A DNA stretch of 64,000 nt. Source: Cyanobacteriota bacterium. GTDB lineage: Bacteria; Cyanobacteriota; Vampirovibrionia; Vampirovibrionales; Vampirovibrionaceae. This document shows positions 17,966 to 25,636 of this stretch, one piece after another (position 1 is the stretch's first letter; each line of letters starts with the position of its first letter). The translations under genes were made by a program, and so were the position numbers. The notes under the pieces are model-generated. The model was not told where the DNA came from and ran no database searches. It saw nothing but the letters and a program-made list of their open reading frames with translations. The stretch covers positions 961,839 to 1,025,838 of the forward strand of contig JAIEMW010000001.1 in NCBI GenBank assembly GCA_019751815.1, given 5' to 3'.

Positions 17966-18886
17966 ATGTTTCGCTCCGGTTTTGTCGCTATTGTTGGCCG
18001 CCCTAACGTCGGGAAATCCACGCTACTCAATCAATTGATTGGCGAAAAAATTGCCATTACTAGTCCTGTCGCCCAAACCACCCGTCACCGAATTAAAGGG
18101 GTTGTCACACGGGAAAAGGGACAAGTGATCTTTCTCGACACCCCGGGGTTTAGTAAACCATTGGATTCCCTTGGTACGTTGCTCACCCAAGAAGGAATGG
18201 CCGCATTGAGTGAAGCCGATGTGGTTGTGGTGGTGGTTGAGGCAGACGAAGAACCCGGGAAAGGCGATTATTGGGTGATGGCTCAGGCCATTCAATCAAA
18301 AAAGCCGACCATCCTGGTGCTCAACAAGGCCGACAGCCTGAAGAGTAAAAACGGCCCTTCAATCCCGGGTCAAAAAGCGGCTTATCTCAATCTTTTCCAG
18401 TCGATTGACTCCCAGGCTGAGCCTGAAACTATCCTGGCCATCTCTGCTAAAACCGGAAAACATGTTCCCAACCTGCTTGATAGCATCTTAAGACTGCTCC
18501 CAGAAGGCCCTGCTTATTACCCAGAGGATGCACTGACCGACCAACGTCTGCGAGAAATCTCTGCCGAGATGATTCGAGAAAAGATTTTGCACCGCACCCT
18601 AGAAGAATTACCCCATAGTGTGGCTGTTGCTATCGAGACCTTTGAAGAAAAAGATACCAGCACCCATATCCGGGCCACCCTTTTCGTGGATCAAGACTCC
18701 CAAAAGGGCATCTTGATCGGCAAAAACGGCCAAATGATTAAAACCATCGGGAGTGACGCCCGTCAAGATATTGAAACCCTGCTGGGACACGCTGTATATC
18801 TGGAATTAACCGTCAAAGTGAAAAAAAATTGGCGCAAAGATCCGCGCTTCCTCAAATCTTTGGGTTTAGCGCCCGCCTCAAATTGA
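17966..18886 (+). CDS. era: GTPase Era
   Basis: GRPNVGKST, QTTR, DTPG, NKAD and a C-terminal KH domain (QKGILIGKNG). Confidence 0.97.
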   Translation: MFRSGFVAIVGRPNVGKSTLLNQLIGEKIAITSPVAQTTRHRIKGVVTREKGQVIFLDTPGFSKPLDSLGTLLTQEGMAALSEADVVVVVVEADEEPGKGDYWVMAQAIQSKKPTILVLNKADSLKSKNGPSIPGQKAAYLNLFQSIDSQAEPETILAISAKTGKHVPNLLDSILRLLPEGPAYYPEDALTDQRLREISAEMIREKILHRTLEELPHSVAVAIETFEEKDTSTHIRATLFVDQDSQKGILIGKNGQMIKTIGSDARQDIETLLGHAVYLELTVKVKKNWRKDPRFLKSLGLAPASN

Positions 18887-18933
18887 AGTATAATAAGGAC
18901 CCCTACCCATTAACAAGAGGTAACCACAGTGCC

Positions 18934-19869
18934 ATGTTATTTTTTAAACGCTATTCTCCAAGACTCTCTATTCTCTTAAGACCGGTACTGGCCACTGTTA
19001 TGGCAGCCACTGCCTTTACTGCTGCATCGTCACAAACATTACCTCCAGTCCAAACACCCAGTAACGGTCCGCAGAACTTGGCACCCATGCCTTTCCCAAA
19101 CAATAATGCCCTGGGCATTAATGCCGGAAGCGTTGCCTTTATTGATCTGCCTGAGAGCAGCGCACAATCGATTATTTTAGATATCAACCAAGCCCGTTTT
19201 GCCCAGCAATCAGTGGGAAGGCTCACGCTCAATGCCACAGGAATCGATTTTAAACAGGGGAATTTACAAAAACTGAAAGCATCCCTGCAAGACGGCAATT
19301 TCAACAATATGCTCGTCAATGAACTCGTCCTAGACAGTGCCCCCTTTCATTTCGACACCTTTGAACTGCTCAATCACCGCCGTTTTATCCTAGATAAACC
19401 GGTATACGCTGGCGTCAGTCTCAAAATATCTGAGGCCAACCTCAACAGCTTTATTCGCAGCCCCAAAACCATCGGAAAACTGGAAGCTGCCGTCGCCAAA
19501 AAGACCGGCGGTATTAAATTAATTCAATTTAGCAATCCCACCGTCGATATTCCCAACGGGAAATCTCGTGTCAAACTCACCATGCAGGTTTCTCTGGCCA
19601 ATGCTCTGGCCACGCCCATAGAGATGAGTGGGATTCTCACCGTCTTTGAGGGGAAACTGCTTTTTCAACAACTGAAAGTGGTGTCCAATCAGGTACAACT
19701 CCCCGTGGATATTGCCACGGTGTTTGAAAAAAAATTGAATGAACTGATTGATGTCGAACGCATCGGGCGCAGTAATTTCACCATTTATGCTCAATCGCTG
19801 AGCATTCATCAAAAAACCATCCAAATTCTCGGCAACGCCAAGCTCAGCCGATTAGAGTTTGGCAAGTAA
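18934..19869 (+). CDS. DUF2993/LmeA-like exported lipid-binding protein
   Basis: ATG at 18934 after AAGAGG, signal peptide, ISEANLNSFI motif. Family assigned by resemblance. Confidence 0.6.
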   Translation: MLFFKRYSPRLSILLRPVLATVMAATAFTAASSQTLPPVQTPSNGPQNLAPMPFPNNNALGINAGSVAFIDLPESSAQSIILDINQARFAQQSVGRLTLNATGIDFKQGNLQKLKASLQDGNFNNMLVNELVLDSAPFHFDTFELLNHRRFILDKPVYAGVSLKISEANLNSFIRSPKTIGKLEAAVAKKTGGIKLIQFSNPTVDIPNGKSRVKLTMQVSLANALATPIEMSGILTVFEGKLLFQQLKVVSNQVQLPVDIATVFEKKLNELIDVERIGRSNFTIYAQSLSIHQKTIQILGNAKLSRLEFGK

Positions 19870-19923
19870 AATAAACCGCCTTAAAATAAAACGATCTATA
19901 GCAGCAGAGGACCGTAATTCTCG

Positions 19924-21039
19924 ATGATATATAGAGCTCGCGACACCAAAACGGAAGGTCTCAATCTCAGTGACTATGATTTTGATCTCCCCTTTGAGGC
20001 CATTGCCCGCTATCCGCTGAAAAACCGAGATCAGTCCAAACTGATGCAGATGGGCCGCAAAACCGGTGCAGTTTCTCATCACTGTTTTTCGGATCTCCCG
20101 AAGCTCCTTCAGCCAGGAGATCACCTTGTGCTCAACAACACGCAAGTTATCCCGGCCCGTCTGTTTGGGACACGAAGAGGCTATACGGGGAAAGTGGAAA
20201 TTCTCCTATTAAATCCCGTCTCAAATCCTGACCCTGACGAACCAGAAGACACTGTTTGGGAAGCGCTTGTCAGACCCAGTCGTAAAATTTTTCCAGGGAC
20301 TGAGATTATTTTTGGAGATCCCGAAGCCCAAGTTGGGAAGGCTTATATCCAAATTTTAGACACTGCAGGACGCGGTGATGTCCGGGCCCGTGTTCATCTG
20401 GGCCCCTTTTCCACCGTGTACGAGTTTTTAGAGGCCCATGGCGAAGTCCCCATCCCCCCTTATTTAAAGCGCGAAAGCGAGCCCATCGATAAAACTGCTT
20501 ATCAAACTGTGTTTGCCAAAGTTCCGGGTTCTAAAGCAGCACCTACGGCTGGACTCCACTTTACCCCTAGCGTTTTGTCCCAATTGAAAGCCAACGGCAT
20601 ACAAATATCAGAAATCACCTTGTCCGTCAGTAGTGGAACTTTTCGTAGCGTCCGCACAGAAAATATCCGTGAACACAAAATGGACCCAGAGTTTTATGAG
20701 CTGACTGAAGAGACTGCACAGGCACTCAGAGCCACACAAGCTTCTGGGGGGAGAATCATTGCGGTCGGTACAACCGTATTAAAAACCCTGGAGTCTGTCG
20801 CGGCCAAATATCAGGGGGAAATTCAGGCAGATTCGGACTGGAGTACCCTGTTTATATATCCGGGGTTTCAATTTCATGTGGCAGACGGGATGCTCACAAA
20901 TTTCCACACCCCGAAAAGCACTCTGATGATGCTAGTGAGTGCTTTTTCAGACCGAAACTATCTTCTGGATGCCTACAGAGTTGCCCTGGAGAATGATTAC
21001 CGCTTTTATAGCTACGGCGATTGTATGCTCATTCTGTAA
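19924..21039 (+). CDS. queA: S-adenosylmethionine:tRNA ribosyltransferase-isomerase
   Basis: PIPPY, YQTVFA, AAPTAGLHFT, TNFHTPKSTL and YRFYSYGD motifs. Confidence 0.97.
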   Translation: MIYRARDTKTEGLNLSDYDFDLPFEAIARYPLKNRDQSKLMQMGRKTGAVSHHCFSDLPKLLQPGDHLVLNNTQVIPARLFGTRRGYTGKVEILLLNPVSNPDPDEPEDTVWEALVRPSRKIFPGTEIIFGDPEAQVGKAYIQILDTAGRGDVRARVHLGPFSTVYEFLEAHGEVPIPPYLKRESEPIDKTAYQTVFAKVPGSKAAPTAGLHFTPSVLSQLKANGIQISEITLSVSSGTFRSVRTENIREHKMDPEFYELTEETAQALRATQASGGRIIAVGTTVLKTLESVAAKYQGEIQADSDWSTLFIYPGFQFHVADGMLTNFHTPKSTLMMLVSAFSDRNYLLDAYRVALENDYRFYSYGDCMLIL

Positions 21040-21045
21040 AAAGCA

Positions 21046-21393
21046 TTATTTTTTGGACTTTTCCCATTCCGCGGGTGTGAACAACCTCAGTTCAAGTGCG
21101 TGAATGTGAGCAGACATCTCAGGGGCTAAAACCTCGTGGAGACGACGGTGTCGGTCAATCAGTGGCATTGCTTCAAAGGAATCAGAGACAATTTGTATGG
21201 CCAAATGGGTGGCCACACGGTCTGGATCGGCCCCCACATGCCCGGCGTGTTGCCAGCTGTTATCAATGATTTCTACTTGTTGGGCGGCCAGTGTCTGTTT
21301 GAGTTTTTCTGAGAGGGCATTCAGCACGGCCGTTGCCTGTGGATTTGCCTTTTGAGGATGGGAAGTCGGGTTATTTGCTGAGGATAACGTCAT
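21046..21393 (-). CDS. BolA family protein
   Basis: HAGH, IVSDSF, RHR and IHALEL motifs. Confidence 0.88.
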   Translation of the reverse strand: MTLSSANNPTSHPQKANPQATAVLNALSEKLKQTLAAQQVEIIDNSWQHAGHVGADPDRVATHLAIQIVSDSFEAMPLIDRHRRLHEVLAPEMSAHIHALELRLFTPAEWEKSKK

Positions 21394-21495
21394 CGAAATG
21401 GGCTCCTAGAGAATCATTGTGCGTGAGTAATTCCTATCGAGCGCTATTATCTCATAGCTGAGCAATCGTTATCTTAATACGCTTACATTCAACGC

Positions 21496-21663
21496 TTACA
21501 CTCGTTCAGAGCGCTCAAAGGTGTGCATCATCGCCAAACATTCGCTCAGCAGTTCTGGGTTATGGCCCAACTGTTGCGCGAGTATTCGTCTTGCCAAATC
21601 TGCTTGGGGTACATTGTTGACCTGTGCTGACTGAAGCAGTATCCGCTGGAGTGATTTATCCAT
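21496..21663 (-). CDS. Small ORF (55 aa), possible ribbon-helix-helix-like protein
   Basis: Manually translated as MDKSLQRILLQSAQVNNVPQADLARRILAQQLGHNPELLSECLAMMHTFERSERV; absent from the ORF track, whose smallest entries are 60 aa. Confidence 0.4.
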   Translation of the reverse strand: MDKSLQRILLQSAQVNNVPQADLARRILAQQLGHNPELLSECLAMMHTFERSERV

Positions 21664-21893
21664 ATAACACCGAATTCCCCGTATTTCATGCCCCGCTTTT
21701 TCTTTGGCATCACCTCACAACCCCTGTCAAAATATTTATTGGGGTGGTCTCAAAAATTGGATGTTTTTTATGACCTGATCGTCATTTTATATAAGCATTA
21801 TTGTACCCAAAACGAGCACATTGCCTAGCCGCATGGTGTCTGTAAGACAACAAGCTAGGGCAGAACCGATGTCGGACCTTATCTGCTATTGGA

Positions 21894-22211
21894 CTAGTTC
21901 CAAAGCGGCTGAAACAGTAGACGGTTAAGCCCACCAAACAGGGTACCCACCAGATTCACAGGATGAGCCGGGTGATACACGGCAGGGTGTGCCATTTGTT
22001 TTTGCTGAGCAGGAACACGCTCAAAGGTATCGTGCTCAAGCGCTTGCTTGGGGCGTATACCCTGGAACATAGTCCAGTCAAACAGGGGATCCATATTGTT
22101 TTCCGGTGGTTTAAACCGGGGAGCTGGGGTGGCTACTAGGCGCCATCCGAAGTCTACAGCTCTCATTTCACGCGGTGCGAGCATGACCAAACACCTCTTT
22201 TCTACTTTCAA
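21894..22211 (-). CDS. Hypothetical small protein
   Basis: 105-aa Pro-rich ORF; the true start is probably an internal ATG. Confidence 0.45.
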   Translation of the reverse strand: MKVEKRCLVMLAPREMRAVDFGWRLVATPAPRFKPPENNMDPLFDWTMFQGIRPKQALEHDTFERVPAQQKQMAHPAVYHPAHPVNLVGTLFGGLNRLLFQPLWN

Positions 22212-22255
22212 GGTCGTTTTTATTTCTTCATAAAAACGGCTCGCGGGATGTCAAG

Positions 22256-22321
22256 GAACATGGAGGTTAGTGTGTTATCAACACCACCATAGTGTTTATA
22301 ACACACATTGTACTCATGTTC
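22256..22321. other. Long imperfect inverted repeat/hairpin
   Basis: GAACATG..GTGTGTTAT-C-AACAC-CACCATA-GTGTT-T-ATAACACAC..CATGTTC. Confidence 0.65.
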
Positions 22322-22545
22322 AATAGAATTAGAAAAAACTCACCTATCCAACGGGGTGGGTTTACAGGGTCTTCAACCGGACTGAGTGCCACATACCTTG
22401 AAGATCATCACACGAGAAAAACGATTATATTATCACTTGATTCACTGCTTGGCAAATACTTTTTTAAAATAAGCCCCAATAAATCCCGAAAACCCATTAC
22501 AATAGAGAGTATCCGAGTTTTTATAACACAGGATTTCAAAATACG

Positions 22546-23910
22546 ATGTCCAGCTCCTCACAGCCTCCTTATCTCAGTGAAGACACTATAAGAGAGTCGC
22601 GTACACGAATACGAGACATCCTTTACGGGGCCGATCTCTATAAATACAAGGGACGGGTCTCTAAATTGATGGGCTTGACAGTAGAAGCGCAACTTCCGAA
22701 GCTTAAAATTGGTGACTTGTGCTTTATTGAATCGATTGATGGGGAGCCAAAAGCAGCCGAAGTGGTTGCCTTTAAGGCCGATGTTGCCCAAATGCTTCTA
22801 CTTTATGACGGTAAAGGGATTTCTCAAGGCAGTTGGGTGACAACCACCAACAACCCCATTACGATTCCGGTTGGAGACTTCCTTTTGGGCCGTCTGGTCA
22901 GCCCCTTAGGGGAACCTATGGACGGCCGACCAATGGACACAACAATGGCCAAAATGATCTCTGTCGACACCCCACCGCCCAACCCCTTATCACGTCCTAT
23001 TATTAAGCATAAGTTTTCTACCGGTCTAAGAGCAGTTGATTCACTCCTGACCATGGGCGCTGGGCAACGGATGGGATTATTTGCAGGCTCCGGGGTCGGG
23101 AAATCCACCCTCCTCGGTATGATTGCCAGGAATTCGGAAGCAGATGTCAACGTGGTGGCTCTGGTTGGAGAACGCGGCCGCGAAGTGAAGGAATTTATCG
23201 AAAACAGCCTCGGGGAAGAAGGGGTCAAACGCTCTGTGCTAGTTTGTTCTACCGGGGATCAACCGCCTCTGATGCGGATGAAATGCTTGCAAACCGCCAC
23301 CGCCATTGCCGAATACTTCCGAGATCAAGGCAAAAAAGTGTTTTTGATGACCGATACCGTCACCCGGGCCGCAATGTCTGGCAGAGAAGTGGGGCTGGCC
23401 ATTGGAGAGCCCCCAACGATGAAGGGCTATCCACCGTCGATTTTTTCCTGGCTTCAAAAGGTATTAGAACGCTCAGGGATTACGGAAGACGGTTCAATTA
23501 CCGCCTTGTACACGGTATTGGTAGAAGGGGATGATTTTAACGACCCTGTCTGCGACACGGTTCGGGGCATTATTGATGGACACATTTTGCTTTCCCGCAA
23601 AATTGCTGCGATGAATCACTTTCCCGCTATCGACGTTTTAGGCAGTGTGAGCCGCTTATTTACCGAGATTTGTGACCCGGAACATATGCAGGCGGCCGGA
23701 AAAATGCGTGAGTTGATGGCCATCTACGCCGATGCCAAAGATTTAATCGATGTGGGTGCTTATGAGCATGGCTCAAATCCTCGGATAGATATTGCCATCC
23801 AGATGATGCCTGAGATTAACCAGTTCCTACGGCAATCCGTCAAGGATTTGGTGAATATGGACTCTACCATTGGCCGGCTTAAAGAACTGATGCTCTCGGT
23901 GAATCTTTAA
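22546..23910 (+). CDS. fliI: FliI/YscN family type III export ATPase
   Basis: GQRMGLFAGSGVGKST, GERGREV, GEPPTMKGYPPS, GSITA, DGHILLSR and PAIDVLGSVSR motifs. Confidence 0.92.
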   Translation: MSSSSQPPYLSEDTIRESRTRIRDILYGADLYKYKGRVSKLMGLTVEAQLPKLKIGDLCFIESIDGEPKAAEVVAFKADVAQMLLLYDGKGISQGSWVTTTNNPITIPVGDFLLGRLVSPLGEPMDGRPMDTTMAKMISVDTPPPNPLSRPIIKHKFSTGLRAVDSLLTMGAGQRMGLFAGSGVGKSTLLGMIARNSEADVNVVALVGERGREVKEFIENSLGEEGVKRSVLVCSTGDQPPLMRMKCLQTATAIAEYFRDQGKKVFLMTDTVTRAAMSGREVGLAIGEPPTMKGYPPSIFSWLQKVLERSGITEDGSITALYTVLVEGDDFNDPVCDTVRGIIDGHILLSRKIAAMNHFPAIDVLGSVSRLFTEICDPEHMQAAGKMRELMAIYADAKDLIDVGAYEHGSNPRIDIAIQMMPEINQFLRQSVKDLVNMDSTIGRLKELMLSVNL

Positions 23911-24779
23911 TATAATAGCTGCCAGGCCTGCCTCAGACCGATAAAATTCAGTTGACGTTCTACCCGACAGTTTGGCAAATACGGCGAAAGCGCCTTTAGT
24001 AAATACGTTGCATCGCCCCCAGTAAGAATCACTGTATGCTCGCACTGAAAATCCCCCACCTGTTTATTCGATAAAAACAGACTGTTCAACACCCCCAGAA
24101 TCATGGCAGGGTAACCGAGCTGCAAGCCCTTGAGCATAGACGTTTCGGTACTTGTGCCTATTTGATTTATAGCTTGAGTGCATTGGCTGCTTAATTTTTC
24201 AGAAATATCCGGCAAGCGGGCCGTATAGGCCGTCATCGCTTTAGCCTGCATCTGCAAACCAGGCAGAATCCAGCCACCCAGATAACCAGCATCTGGATTC
24301 CCATCTTCTGAATGGTATACGTCCACTGTGCAGCAGGTGCCGGCGTCAACCGCAATCCAAAGCGAATGATCATGGTCTTGCCCAACAGCTTTCGACAAAG
24401 CAAGCAAGCCCAGAATATTCATCAGCCTGTCTGCCCCCAGCTCTGATAGCTCATACTGGGTTGAAAAAGGCATCGTAAAACTCTGTGGAAGCAACTGCAA
24501 GCAGTGTGCCTCTGGAAAAACCTGCTGAATTTCCTCGCACAAAGCCCGGGTTTCTGCGGCCGTTCGCACTGAACTGACGATCACTCCCTGGACTACCGCC
24601 TGAACGTCCTGTGCCCAGGTATTGAGATCAAATATCGCAGGAGTGACCCGATCTGAGATCACTCCCTCTGAAAGCGCCAGAGCACCATCACCGGGTTCTA
24701 ATAGGAGAAGCCCCCATTTAATCTGCGTATTACCCGCATCCACTGCTAAAAGAGCAGGGGTGCCGTTTACTGATATCAT
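23907..24779 (-). CDS. coaX: Type III pantothenate kinase
   Basis: VDAGNT, LGADR, VDAGT, GGWILPG and TGGDA motifs. Confidence 0.92.
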   Translation of the reverse strand: MISVNGTPALLAVDAGNTQIKWGLLLLEPGDGALALSEGVISDRVTPAIFDLNTWAQDVQAVVQGVIVSSVRTAAETRALCEEIQQVFPEAHCLQLLPQSFTMPFSTQYELSELGADRLMNILGLLALSKAVGQDHDHSLWIAVDAGTCCTVDVYHSEDGNPDAGYLGGWILPGLQMQAKAMTAYTARLPDISEKLSSQCTQAINQIGTSTETSMLKGLQLGYPAMILGVLNSLFLSNKQVGDFQCEHTVILTGGDATYLLKALSPYLPNCRVERQLNFIGLRQAWQLLY

Positions 24780-24803
24780 CCACTGTACCCTGGGTTGTAA
24801 ATT

Positions 24804-25433
24804 TTAGCGTTGACCAATCATGGATTTTTGGAAGCGCCATTCAGAGCGTTCCTTGAGCGCTTGTAAGGTTTCTTGCACCTGATTAAACACCAAACGCTGA
24901 GAACCAGGTAGACGCAACCCTCCGGGATCAATGCCCAAACGGTAGGTCAAAACCGTGCGTTGTTGTCCGTCAGAGGACAGTGCATAAAAGCCTTGAAGGG
25001 CTTTAAAGTCTCCAGACACTCGGTTTAATTGTACCTGATAGGTTTTGGGGTTTTCTTGCACCTGGAGTTGATACTGAACTGCTGGGAAAAACCGAATCAC
25101 AGATTGAGAAATTTGGAACCACTTTTGATTCCCCCGGACTTGCAGCAAGGTACTTTTCTTGTAGCCAGGTAAAAACTCTTTCAACTCAGTTGGGGTGGTT
25201 AAGGTTTCCCAAACCAAATGGATAGGCGCATCCACTGTGATTTTAGACTCTGCTTGCAATACCGAAGCGGCTTCAGGTCGACTGGGTTGCTGCAAGCCTG
25301 AAAAGGCATTACCCGAAAAGGAATTGGTGCGAGCCAAAGCAGGTTGACCGTTGAGCAAGGCCAGGAGCAAAAGTGCCATGCAAACCATCGGGTTAACAGT
25401 GTTTTTGGCTAAAAGCATTCTATCCAGTCCCAT
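24804..25433 (-). CDS. SRPBCC/START (polyketide cyclase-like) protein with signal peptide
   Basis: Signal peptide; VDAPIHLVWETLT...FLPG and SGDFK motifs. Confidence 0.7.
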   Translation of the reverse strand: MGLDRMLLAKNTVNPMVCMALLLLALLNGQPALARTNSFSGNAFSGLQQPSRPEAASVLQAESKITVDAPIHLVWETLTTPTELKEFLPGYKKSTLLQVRGNQKWFQISQSVIRFFPAVQYQLQVQENPKTYQVQLNRVSGDFKALQGFYALSSDGQQRTVLTYRLGIDPGGLRLPGSQRLVFNQVQETLQALKERSEWRFQKSMIGQR

Positions 25434-25636
25434 ACGTCTGCCAGAAGAAATCTCGTAGCAATATTCCAGTACTTCACTCTGTTGGCTAACGGCATCTTGA
25501 TACTGAGATCATAATCAGGATCACCATCAAGATCACGGTCTTTGATACGCTCAAAAAGACGCTCATACAGAATCCAGATAATAGCGTACCATATTACAAG
25601 GGAAATGAGCGCCCCTGTTAACCAGAATAAATCCAG

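Noticed and set aside
22292-22591. 99-aa ORF upstream of and overlapping fliI
   Set aside because: It starts inside a hairpin, crosses probable promoter DNA and has no protein-like features.
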